A DNA stretch of 64,000 nt from Planctomycetota bacterium (lineage in GTDB: Bacteria > Planctomycetota > UBA1135 > GCA-002686595), in assembly GCA_035490315.1 (NCBI GenBank), contig DATHET010000223.1, forward strand, positions 10,542 to 74,541. The letters run 5' to 3'. The notes under the pieces were generated by a model. It did not search any database. It was not told the DNA's origin and saw only the letters and a list, made by a program, of their open reading frames with translations. The position numbers and the translations under genes were made by a program. Below are positions 1 through 7,752 of this stretch, piece by piece (position 1 is the stretch's first letter; each line of letters begins with the position of its first letter).

Positions 1-1
1 C

Positions 2-79
2 ATGGATCTGTCGCGCGGCTGCACCGCCGACGACATCGTCAATGTGGCCGTGATCGCGGCCGTGCTCGCCAAACCTTGA
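2..79 (+). CDS. 3' end of an unidentified CDS entering from the left edge
   Basis: The frame is open from the window edge to TGA at 77-79 (...DLSRGCTADDIVNVAVIAAVLAKP*). Third codon positions are almost all G/C, as in confirmed genes here. Too short to name. Confidence 0.3.
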   Translation: MDLSRGCTADDIVNVAVIAAVLAKP

Positions 80-87
80 GGAAGCTC

Positions 88-891
88 ATGCATCGCCATC
101 GCCTCTTGTCGCTCCTGTCCCTAACGCTGCTCGGCCCCCTCGGCGCATGCCACAAGGACAAGCCTGCTGCCCCGCCCGCCGCCCCTGCGAAGACGACCGA
201 GGAGATCAGCGCGCCTTTGGACGGCGGGGTCGCGATCTCGCCGACGCCCGCGAAGCCGGAGGCTCCAGCCTCGAGCGAAGTCGCGCCTGCCGAAGGCGCA
301 CCGGTCGAAGGCGCCGCGGCACCGGCCGACGCCTCGAAGACTCCGACGGAGGTCGCCGCGGCTCCCGCCGCCGGTGAACCCGAGGTCAAGCCGCCCGCTG
401 GCGAATCGACGGGCGAAGTCGCGGCCGCGAAGTCCGAGGACAAGCCCGCGACGACCGAGGAGCCTGCCGCGGATGCCAAGAAGTCCAAGAAGAAGTCGGG
501 CGACAAGGCCGCAGTCGAGAAGGCCGCCGAGGTGCCCGCGAAACCGAAGTTCACCGAGCTCGGGATCACCGTGACCAAGACGGGCACGGGCGTCGCCGCC
601 ACTTCGGGCCGGCGCGTGATGATCCACTACAAGGCGAGCGTCGCGGACGCGGAGAAGCCTTTCGATTCGACCTTCGCGTCGAACCGCCCGCTCGATGTCG
701 AGCTGGGCTCGGGAGCGAAGCTCAAGGTGATCGAGGGCCTGCGCCTGGGCCTCGAAGGCCTGATGCCGGGCAGCGAAGTGCGCTTGCAGATCCCGGCGAA
801 CCTCGCCTGGGGCGAAAAGGGCAACCCCGCCGTCGGCGTGCCCGCGAACGCGGACGTGGTCTTCGAGGTGCAGGTGCTCGACGTCCAGTAG
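88..891 (+). CDS. FKBP-type peptidyl-prolyl cis-trans isomerase lipoprotein with a long Ala/Pro/Glu/Lys-rich disordered linker
   Basis: ATG at 88 is preceded by GAGGAAG. The signal peptide has the lipobox LLGPLGAC. The C-terminal ~100 aa (VMIHYKASV...FDST...LDVELG...VIEGL..GL.GM..G..R.L.IP..LAWGEKG...VPANADVVFEVQVLDV) matches the FKBP_C fold pattern. Confidence 0.85.
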   Translation: MHRHRLLSLLSLTLLGPLGACHKDKPAAPPAAPAKTTEEISAPLDGGVAISPTPAKPEAPASSEVAPAEGAPVEGAAAPADASKTPTEVAAAPAAGEPEVKPPAGESTGEVAAAKSEDKPATTEEPAADAKKSKKKSGDKAAVEKAAEVPAKPKFTELGITVTKTGTGVAATSGRRVMIHYKASVADAEKPFDSTFASNRPLDVELGSGAKLKVIEGLRLGLEGLMPGSEVRLQIPANLAWGEKGNPAVGVPANADVVFEVQVLDVQ

Positions 892-915
892 GCCCCCAAC
901 TCTGCTCCGCAAGCG

Positions 916-957
916 AGCGCGCCGCGCGTCCCGATCTATCGGAACGCGCGGCGCGCT
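916..957. terminator. GC-rich palindromic hairpin between convergent genes (candidate bidirectional terminator)
   Basis: agcgcgccgcgcgt (916-929) is the exact reverse complement of acgcgcggcgcgct (944-957). The intervening segment pairs further (ccgat/atcgg) around a 2-nt centre. It lies between the stops at 891 (+) and 983 (-). There is no clear U-tract. Confidence 0.4.
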
Positions 958-982
958 GCAGTTCACGGACTGATGAGCAGTC

Positions 983-1726
983 TCAGCTCTTCTTCTTTTC
1001 GCCACCCACGGGCGCGGAGGCCGGCACGGCCTTCTGCAGCTCGGCGAGCTTGGCCATCACGACTTCGGGCTTGGCATTGAGCTCCGCGATGCAGTCCTTG
1101 CAGCACAGGCGCACGAGCTTCGTCCCGTACAGTTGATCGACCGCCTTGGCGTCGAGCGTATGCCCGCTGACCGGGCAGGTGGTCACGGTGTACTTCGCCT
1201 TCTGCGAGGACATCCAGGCGGCGTCGAGCTTCTTCATCGCCTCGCTCGACTTGGCCGGATCGCTGTCGTAGGTCTTGGCGCACTCGGGGCAGCAGACCCG
1301 GACCAGGCGCGTGCCGACCACGTGGTTGATCGGCTTCTCCATCTTCGCATCGCAGATGGCGCAGGCTTCCATCGGGTAGCCGACGGATTGCTGGGCGACG
1401 ACTGCGTCCTCGATCGACTTGATGATCGCGACCTTGTCCTTCTCGACGCCCTTCTTGCAGCTGCCGCAGCACAGGCGCACGAGGTGACCGTCGACGATCA
1501 CGTCGACCGGTTCCCCCATCCCACCGAGCTTCTCGTGGCTGATCGGGCAGGTGTCGAGCGGATAGGATGGCTTCTGGAAGGCGATGACTCGCGTGTCCGT
1601 GCTGGCGGCCGGGGCCGTGTCAGCAGGTTTTTGCGGCACGGCGGGCGTGGCCACGGGCTTCTGAGCCATGGCGAATCCGGCGAGCAGCAGAAGCGGAGTG
1701 AGGAACACAATGAGACGGGTCTTCAT
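983..1726 (-). CDS. Secreted protein with three tandem TRASH/YHS-like cysteine modules (putative metal-binding)
   Basis: ATG at 1726 is preceded by GGAG. The signal peptide is MKTRLIVFLTPLLLLAGFAMA. There are three repeats of C-P/A-x-S/C...(~20 aa)...LVR(L/V)CC-x2-C: CPISHEK...LVRLCCGSC, CAICDAK...LVRVCCPEC, CPVSGHT...LVRLCCKDC. Confidence 0.7.
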   Translation of the reverse strand: MKTRLIVFLTPLLLLAGFAMAQKPVATPAVPQKPADTAPAASTDTRVIAFQKPSYPLDTCPISHEKLGGMGEPVDVIVDGHLVRLCCGSCKKGVEKDKVAIIKSIEDAVVAQQSVGYPMEACAICDAKMEKPINHVVGTRLVRVCCPECAKTYDSDPAKSSEAMKKLDAAWMSSQKAKYTVTTCPVSGHTLDAKAVDQLYGTKLVRLCCKDCIAELNAKPEVVMAKLAELQKAVPASAPVGGEKKKS

Positions 1727-1882
1727 GAGATCTCCTTCAAGGACTTTGGCCCCGCAGTGCCATCGGCACGCTTCGGCCACTGGAACGCGAGGGCCCATCC
1801 TAGGATTTCCGGACCCTGAAAGACGTGAGGATTTCGACGTGCGCCGCGGCTAGCCTCCCTACGTCACCGTGCGCTGGAAATG

Positions 1883-1934
1883 AAAAACCGCAGGGGCGTG
1901 CTGCGATACAGCACACGCCTGCGGAATGCTTTTT
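1883..1934. terminator. Bidirectional rho-independent terminator candidate
   Basis: An imperfect hairpin spans 1888-1924 (ccgcag..gtgctg / cagcac..ctgcgg). It is flanked by AAAAA (1883-1887) on one side and CTTTTT (1929-1934) on the other. It lies ~50 nt downstream of the minus-strand stop at 1985. Confidence 0.5.
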
Positions 1935-1984
1935 CGAGCTCGACGTCGAGCGCGGCCTTGCCGCGGCTCGAACATGGTCGGCGA

Positions 1985-2212
1985 TCAGCCCTGGACTTTT
2001 CCTGACATCGGGCAGACTTTCCCGTCCGTGCTGGCCTTGTCTGCGCAGCCAGCTGCTTTTTCGCTGCAGCACGGAGCCTTGCTGCCTTCGCAGGAACCCG
2101 AGCAATCGGCCTTGGGAGCCGCTTCCGGCGCCGGACCTGACACGGAGTTCTTTTGCGAAGAGCAAGCGCAAACGCCGGCGACCATCGCGAGGCCGAGGAG
2201 CAGATTCTTCAT
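1985..2212 (-). CDS. Small cysteine-rich lipoprotein (75 aa), putative metal-binding
   Basis: ATG at 2212 is preceded by AAGGAAGG. The lipobox is LAMVAGVCAC. The mature part contains CSGSCEGSKAPCCSEKAAGCADK...VCPMSGK. Its final CPMSG resembles the CP-x-SG that opens the TRASH-like repeats of the downstream gene. Confidence 0.6.
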   Translation of the reverse strand: MKNLLLGLAMVAGVCACSSQKNSVSGPAPEAAPKADCSGSCEGSKAPCCSEKAAGCADKASTDGKVCPMSGKVQG

Positions 2213-2340
2213 AGGTGTACCTTCCTTTTTTTCGTCGAGGTCGCGGACGACCCAGGGTTGTTCGGTGCTTTCGCGAGGGACCGCCGTTGGTGACGACAAC
2301 TCTGCGAACGTTCCACGAATCGGTTCGCGGACGGAGATAG

Positions 2341-2371
2341 ATTATGCAAGTCACTGGAGAACCGAGGTCAA
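2341..2371 (-). promoter_or_regulatory. Candidate sigma70-type promoter for the Cys-rich lipoprotein gene
   Basis: On the minus strand, TTGACC (2371-2366) and CATAAT (2346-2341) are separated by 19 nt. This is the only A/T-rich patch in the 2213-2390 gap. It is bracketed by an 8-bp inverted repeat, ACGGAGAT (2331-2338) / ATCTCCGT (2372-2379). Confidence 0.25.
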
Positions 2372-2390
2372 ATCTCCGTAAGCTGGACGC

Positions 2391-2720
2391 GTGACGCGCG
2401 ATGGTCGCGGCCGTAAACCTTTGCCTGAAGTGGACTTGCATCGCCTTTCGGGGAGCGATGCCGCCCGCGTGCTGCGCCGTGAGCTGCATGCGGCGCGCGT
2501 GCGCGGCGAGGCCGGCCTGGTGGCGATCACGGGACTCGGATTCGGCAACGCCCTGCAGGAACCCGTGCTCCGCAGCCATGTCGAGCGCTGGCTCGCGAGC
2601 CACGAAGCGCGCCAGCTCGGCGTGCTCGGTTTCCAGCGCGTCCACCGCGGCGGCGCGCTGGAGATCCGGCTCGTCGCGCCGAAGGACCGCGATCGCGTCG
2701 ATCGCGAATGGGAGGAGTGA
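2391..2720 (+). CDS. Smr (small MutS-related) domain protein
   Basis: The pattern VDLHRLSGSDAARVL...GEAGLVAITGLGFGN...LRSHVERWL...GGALEIRL matches the Smr domain pattern (DLHG...A...IIhGkG...v..wL). The start is GTG. Confidence 0.65.
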   Translation: MTRDGRGRKPLPEVDLHRLSGSDAARVLRRELHAARVRGEAGLVAITGLGFGNALQEPVLRSHVERWLASHEARQLGVLGFQRVHRGGALEIRLVAPKDRDRVDREWEE

Positions 2721-2791
2721 TTCGCCGGCGCTCCGGCGGGCGGTCTCTAGAATCGGCGCGTCCCCCCAGGTCCCGAATCGAACGAGGTCCC

Positions 2792-5224
2792 ATGTCCCGA
2801 CTCTGCTGCGCGCTGTTCGCCACCGCGTCGTGCTTCGCAAGTTCCGCGGCTGCCCAGGAGACCTACAAGCTCCCGCCGAAGGAAGTCGTCGACCTGCTGG
2901 ATGCGCCGACGATCCCCAGCGTGCGGCCGAGCCCCGACGCGAAATGGTTGCTCGCGGTCGAGCGGCCGCCGATGCCTTCGATCGCCGACGTCGCGCGGCC
3001 CTGGATCGGGCTCGCGGGTTTGCGCATCGATCCCAAGGCTCACGCGCTGCAGGAAATCGGTTTCGATTCCGGACTGACCCTGCGCTCGCTCGACGGTAAG
3101 TCGACGCGCAAGCTCGAGCTGCCGGCCAATGCGCGCATCGCGGGCGTCGAATGGTCGCACTCGAGCCGGGCTCTGTGGATCGAATTGCGCGCCGATGACG
3201 GCGTCGAGCTGTGGTACTGCAACGTCGAGAGCGCGAAGCCCCTGCGCATCGCGACCCACGTCAACACCGTGTTCGGCGCGCCGACCTGGCTGCCGGATGG
3301 CGAGCGCATCCTCGTGCGACTGGTGCCAGATTCCGCGCGCGAGACTCCGCCGGAGCCTGGCGTGCCCGCCGGTCCCGCGACCATGGAATCGAGGGGCAAG
3401 AAGTCGCCGATCCGCACCTACCAGGATCTCTTGAACGACGAGCACGATGCGCAGCTGCTCGAGCACTTCGCGCAAACCCAGCTCGCGATCGTCGACCCGC
3501 GAAAAAATGTGACCACGCCGATCGGCAAGCCCGGAGAGATCCTGGACGCGGACTGGTCGCCCGATGGACAGCACCTGCTCGTGCGATTCCTCGAGCGGCC
3601 CTTCTCGTACGTGCTGCCGCTCGATCTTTTCCCGAGGCGGCTGGAGATCTGGGACGCGTCCGGAACTTTGGAGCAGATGTTCGCGCGCTTCCCGCTCCAG
3701 GATTCGATTCCCATCGACGGTGTCGCCACCGGCCCGCGCAACGTCAGCTGGAATCCGAACGCGCCGGCGTCGCTCCTGTGGGTCGAAGCCCTCGACGGCG
3801 GAGATCCGAAGGCGAAGGTCGAGCAGCGCGATCGTTGGATGACGCGCTCCCTGCCTTTCAAGGGCGAGCCGACCGAGCTGCTGCGGACTCAGTACCGCGC
3901 GCGCGGCTTGCAGTGGCTCGCCGATCCGAGCTCGGTGCTGGTCAGCGAGTACGATCGCGATCGTCGCTGGCAGCGCGTCACGCTGCACGACTTGACCGCG
4001 CGCGCGCGGCCGGATGCGGTCGTCGAGGACCGCAGCGTCAACGATCGCTACGGCAATCCTGGCCAGATCCAGAGCGAGGTCCGCGCCAACGGTACTCGCG
4101 TCGCGCGCATGGTCGGCGACTTCATTTTTCGCGCTGGCGAGGGCGACGGTCCCGGCGGAGCCAGGCCCTTCTTCGCGCGCCAGAATCTTTCCACGCTCGC
4201 CGTCGAGCGGCTGTGGAGCGCGTCGGACAACACCTACGAATCGGTCGTGGCGATCGAGAGCGTCTCGGCCTCGGCCACGCCGCGCTTGATCACGCGCCGC
4301 GAGACCGCGAGCGAGCCGCCGAACCTGCGCCTGCAGGACCTCGAAGCGAAAACCACGCTCGCCATCACCAGTTATCCCGATCCGCAGCCCGCGATCCGCG
4401 GGATCAAGAAGCAGCTGGTCACCTACAAGCGACCCGACGGCGTCGAGCTCTCGGCCACTTTGTACACGCCCGCGAACTACGTCAGCGGGACGCGCCTGCC
4501 ACTAGTGATCTGGGCTTATCCGCTCGAGTTCAACGACGCGAGCACGGCGGGTCAGGTTTCGGGCTCGCCGCATCGCTTCACGCAGATCCGCGGCCTCTCG
4601 CACCTGACTTTCCTGACCCAGGGCTACGCCGTCATGGACAACGCGACCATGCCGATCGTCGGCGACCCCGAGACGATGAACGACACTTTCATCGAGCAAA
4701 TCACCGCGGCCGCCAAGGCAGCGATCGACAAGGCCGCGGAGATGGGCGTCGGCGATCCCGCGCGCGTCGGCGTCGGTGGTCACAGCTACGGCGCGTTCAT
4801 GACCGCGAATCTGCTGGCGAACACCGATCTCTTCCGCGCGGGCTGCGCGCGCAGCGGCGCGTACAACCGCTCACTGACGCCTTTCGGATTCCAATCGGAA
4901 CGCCGCACGTTCTGGGAAGCTCCCGAGGTCTACGGCAAGGTCTCGCCGTTCTATCAGGCCGACAAGATCAACGAGCCGCTGCTCATGATCCACGGCGAGA
5001 AGGACGCGAATCCCGGGACATTCCCGATCCAATCCGAGCGCCTCTACCAGGCGATCGCGGGCCTGGGCGGCACGGTGCGCCTCGTGGTCCTGCCGGGCGA
5101 GAGCCACGGCTACTCCGCGCGCGAATCGGTGCTCGACACCCAGGCGGAGATGATCGCCTGGTTCGACAGGTACGTGAAGCCGGTTCCCGCGGTCGATGCA
5201 GCGGCGCCGGTCAGCGCGCGCTGA
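2792..5224 (+). CDS. S9 family serine peptidase (prolyl oligopeptidase / acylaminoacyl-peptidase-like), secreted
   Basis: The signal peptide is MSRLCCALFATASCFASSAAAQ. There is an N-terminal beta-propeller-like region. The C-terminal alpha/beta hydrolase domain has the nucleophile elbow GGHSYGAFM, then GEKDANPG and PGESHGY (Ser/Asp/His). Confidence 0.85.
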   Translation: MSRLCCALFATASCFASSAAAQETYKLPPKEVVDLLDAPTIPSVRPSPDAKWLLAVERPPMPSIADVARPWIGLAGLRIDPKAHALQEIGFDSGLTLRSLDGKSTRKLELPANARIAGVEWSHSSRALWIELRADDGVELWYCNVESAKPLRIATHVNTVFGAPTWLPDGERILVRLVPDSARETPPEPGVPAGPATMESRGKKSPIRTYQDLLNDEHDAQLLEHFAQTQLAIVDPRKNVTTPIGKPGEILDADWSPDGQHLLVRFLERPFSYVLPLDLFPRRLEIWDASGTLEQMFARFPLQDSIPIDGVATGPRNVSWNPNAPASLLWVEALDGGDPKAKVEQRDRWMTRSLPFKGEPTELLRTQYRARGLQWLADPSSVLVSEYDRDRRWQRVTLHDLTARARPDAVVEDRSVNDRYGNPGQIQSEVRANGTRVARMVGDFIFRAGEGDGPGGARPFFARQNLSTLAVERLWSASDNTYESVVAIESVSASATPRLITRRETASEPPNLRLQDLEAKTTLAITSYPDPQPAIRGIKKQLVTYKRPDGVELSATLYTPANYVSGTRLPLVIWAYPLEFNDASTAGQVSGSPHRFTQIRGLSHLTFLTQGYAVMDNATMPIVGDPETMNDTFIEQITAAAKAAIDKAAEMGVGDPARVGVGGHSYGAFMTANLLANTDLFRAGCARSGAYNRSLTPFGFQSERRTFWEAPEVYGKVSPFYQADKINEPLLMIHGEKDANPGTFPIQSERLYQAIAGLGGTVRLVVLPGESHGYSARESVLDTQAEMIAWFDRYVKPVPAVDAAAPVSAR

Positions 5225-5242
5225 GCCTCGATCCGCTTCGCG

Positions 5243-6655
5243 TCAGGGGACGATCCTCTCGCTCCCTTCGAAGGATTCCTGCACGCTGCGGCCTCGGTAC
5301 AGCAGCGTCAGCACCGGCGAGGTCGCGAAGGTCGTGATCAAGGCCATCAGCACGAGCATCGCGAACAAGGCCGGCGAGATCACGCCGAGGTCGAGGCCGA
5401 TGTTGAGCACAACCAGCTCCATCAAGCCGCGCGTGTTCATCAGGACCCCGATCGTCGCGCTGTCGCGCGGGGCGAGGCCGGCAAAGCGCGCGGCGACGTA
5501 GCTGCCTCCGAACTTGCCCAGGGTCGCGACCAGCAGGATCAAGCCGCACACGAACCAGGCTTCCTGGCCTTCGACCAGATTGATCTGCATGCGCATGCCG
5601 GTGAAGGCGAAGAAGGCCGGCAGGAAGAGCACGAGCACCGCGTCGTTGAGGCGCGCCGTCAGGTCGCGGGCGAGCGGTGAATCGTGAGGAATCAGCGTGC
5701 CGAAGATGAAGGCTCCGAACAGCGCGTGGATGCCGATCGCCTCTGTCGTCAGCGCCGAAAGCAGGAAACCGATGAACACCAGCCCCAAGCGGGCCTGGGA
5801 GAATTGCTGGTCCTTGGGCAGGCTGTGGATCCAGCGGCGGATCAGGGGCCTCGCGACGAAAACCATCACGGCGACGAACAGGATCGTCAGCCCCGCTGTC
5901 TTCGCGGCCTCGCTCGGGACCGACTTCGCGATGCTGACCACCAGCGCGAGCAGGCACCAGGCCGTCACGTCGTCGATGGCCGCGCAGGAGAGGGCGATCA
6001 CGCCCAGGCGCGTCTTGCTGAGCTTGCGATCGGTCAGGATGCGCGCGAGCACAGGGAAGGCCGTGACCGACATCGAGATGCCCATGAACAGGGCGAAGAC
6101 GAAGAAGGGCACGTCGCTGGTCGCGAACCGCGGGTACACGTAGAGCGCGAGCAGGCAGCCGAGCACGAAGGGCAGGACCATGCTCGCTTGCGAGATCCCG
6201 ATCGCGGCCTGGGGTCGCTTCTTGAGCCCGCTGGTGTCGAGCTCGAGCCCGACCAGGAACATGAACAGGACCACGCCGATCTGCGCGATCACGCCGAGGT
6301 AGGGCGCGATCGTCGGCGGCAGCAGGAACTGAGAGACGTCCGGGGCGAACCGGCCGAGCAACGAAGGCCCGATCATGATTCCGGCGAACATCTCGCCGAT
6401 CACCGGCGGTTGCTGGAGCTTCGCGAAGATGGCTCCCAGCCCGCGCGAAGCGAGCAGGATCGCGATCAACGCGAGGAGGACATGGAAGAACTCCTCCCCC
6501 ACGGGCTTGGTCGGATGCCCGAACACCGGCGTGCCTTCGACCGGCGGCGGAGCCTGCAGCCCATTGCCCACCGAGCGGATCCACCAGATCGAGGCCGCCG
6601 CCGCGCCCAACAACAGGGCATACCCAACCACTTTCGAGACGCTGGACCGGGGCAT
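5243..6655 (-). CDS. Cation:proton antiporter (CPA2 / Kef-NapA-like Na+/H+ exchanger family)
   Basis: Polytopic membrane protein with the typical GEMFAGIMIGPSLLG...IAQIGVVLFMFLVGLELD motif. ATG at 6655 was chosen because the longer ORF would read through the palindrome. Confidence 0.85.
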   Translation of the reverse strand: MPRSSVSKVVGYALLLGAAAASIWWIRSVGNGLQAPPPVEGTPVFGHPTKPVGEEFFHVLLALIAILLASRGLGAIFAKLQQPPVIGEMFAGIMIGPSLLGRFAPDVSQFLLPPTIAPYLGVIAQIGVVLFMFLVGLELDTSGLKKRPQAAIGISQASMVLPFVLGCLLALYVYPRFATSDVPFFVFALFMGISMSVTAFPVLARILTDRKLSKTRLGVIALSCAAIDDVTAWCLLALVVSIAKSVPSEAAKTAGLTILFVAVMVFVARPLIRRWIHSLPKDQQFSQARLGLVFIGFLLSALTTEAIGIHALFGAFIFGTLIPHDSPLARDLTARLNDAVLVLFLPAFFAFTGMRMQINLVEGQEAWFVCGLILLVATLGKFGGSYVAARFAGLAPRDSATIGVLMNTRGLMELVVLNIGLDLGVISPALFAMLVLMALITTFATSPVLTLLYRGRSVQESFEGSERIVP

Positions 6656-6671
6656 CTCCGCGGATCCTATC

Positions 6672-6769
6672 GGTACCCGGTATTCCACCACCATTCCTTA
6701 CACGGCCATTACCCGGCGCCAGCGCCGGGTAATGGCCGTGTAAGGAATGGTGGTGGAATACCGGGTACC
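6672..6769. repeat. 98-bp perfect palindrome (48-bp arms, 2-nt centre 'ca')
   Basis: Verified base by base: 6672-6719 is the exact reverse complement of 6722-6769. It creates the mirrored 'MVVEYRVP' pseudo-ORF starts on both strands. Confidence 0.95.
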
Positions 6770-6806
6770 CTTGCTGGGAGTCGATACATCAATCAATCTG
6801 GATCGC

Positions 6807-7736
6807 ATGATCGGTCTTGTCACTACATCGCGTCTCCTCAAGGCGCTCGCGGACGACACGCGGCTGCGGGTGCTGCACCTTCTGTCGCAGGAGGAGCTGA
6901 CGGGCTCGGACCTGATGGAGATCCTGAACCTCGGGCAGTCGCGGGTCTCGACGCACTTGAACCTGCTCAAGGAAGTCGGGCTGGTGAACGACCGCAAGGA
7001 GGGCCGGCGCACCTACTACAGCCTGGGCTCGAGTCCCGCGGCCGGACTGTGGCGCGAGGTCCTGACCGCGAACGAGGAGACGCCCGAGTTTGAGGCTGAC
7101 CTCGCCGGGCTTGCCACATTGCGCGAGCGCCGCCGCGGAGAGCAACGCGCCTACTTCGACCGCGTCGCGGCGAGCTTCGGCGAGCAGCTCCTGCCCGGCC
7201 GCACCTGGGAAGGACTGGCGCGCTCGCTCCTGCTGCTCGCTCCGCGCGCGCGCTACGCCGACCTCGGCATCGGCGACGGCCTCTTGACCTTGATGCTCGC
7301 CCAGATCGCGAGCTCGGTGACCGCGGTCGACATCTCGCCCCAGATGCTGGCCCAGCTCGACGTGCGCGCGAAGGCCAAGGGCATCCGCAACATCACGACG
7401 GTCGAAGGCAACATCGAATCCCTGCCGCTGCCGGACACCTCGCACGACATCGTGGTGATGAGCCAGGCCCTGCACCACGCGATCGAGCCCGAAGCGGCGC
7501 TGCGCGAGGCCGCGCGCATCCTGGTCCCGGGCGGTCGCCTGCTCGTGATCGACCTGCTCGCTCACCAGGAGGAATGGGTGCGCGAGAAGCTCGAGCACGT
7601 GCACCTGGGATTCACGGAGGAGGCCCTTTCCAAGCTGCTCGCGGAAGCCGGCTTCCGCAATGCGGTGGTTTCGCGCTCCGCCCGCGATCCCCAGCCGCCG
7701 AATTTCATGTCGCTGACCGCGTCCGCGCAGAAGTGA
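6807..7736 (+). CDS. ArsR/SmtB-family HTH regulator fused to a class I SAM-dependent methyltransferase
   Basis: The N-terminus (LLKALADDTRLRVLHLL...LTGSDLMEILNLGQSRVSTHLNLLKEVGLV..RKEGRRTYYSL) is an ArsR winged helix. The C-terminus (YADLGIGDGLLTLML...VTAVDISPQML...HDIVVMSQALHH...LVPGGRLLVID) is a Methyltransf_11-type fold. Confidence 0.85.
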   Translation: MIGLVTTSRLLKALADDTRLRVLHLLSQEELTGSDLMEILNLGQSRVSTHLNLLKEVGLVNDRKEGRRTYYSLGSSPAAGLWREVLTANEETPEFEADLAGLATLRERRRGEQRAYFDRVAASFGEQLLPGRTWEGLARSLLLLAPRARYADLGIGDGLLTLMLAQIASSVTAVDISPQMLAQLDVRAKAKGIRNITTVEGNIESLPLPDTSHDIVVMSQALHHAIEPEAALREAARILVPGGRLLVIDLLAHQEEWVREKLEHVHLGFTEEALSKLLAEAGFRNAVVSRSARDPQPPNFMSLTASAQK

Positions 7737-7752
7737 CCTCGCGCCCCACACC

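Noticed and set aside
7737-7752. Cobalamin or SAM riboswitch upstream of metH
   Set aside because: The gap to the preceding gene is only 16 nt, which is too short for any riboswitch aptamer.
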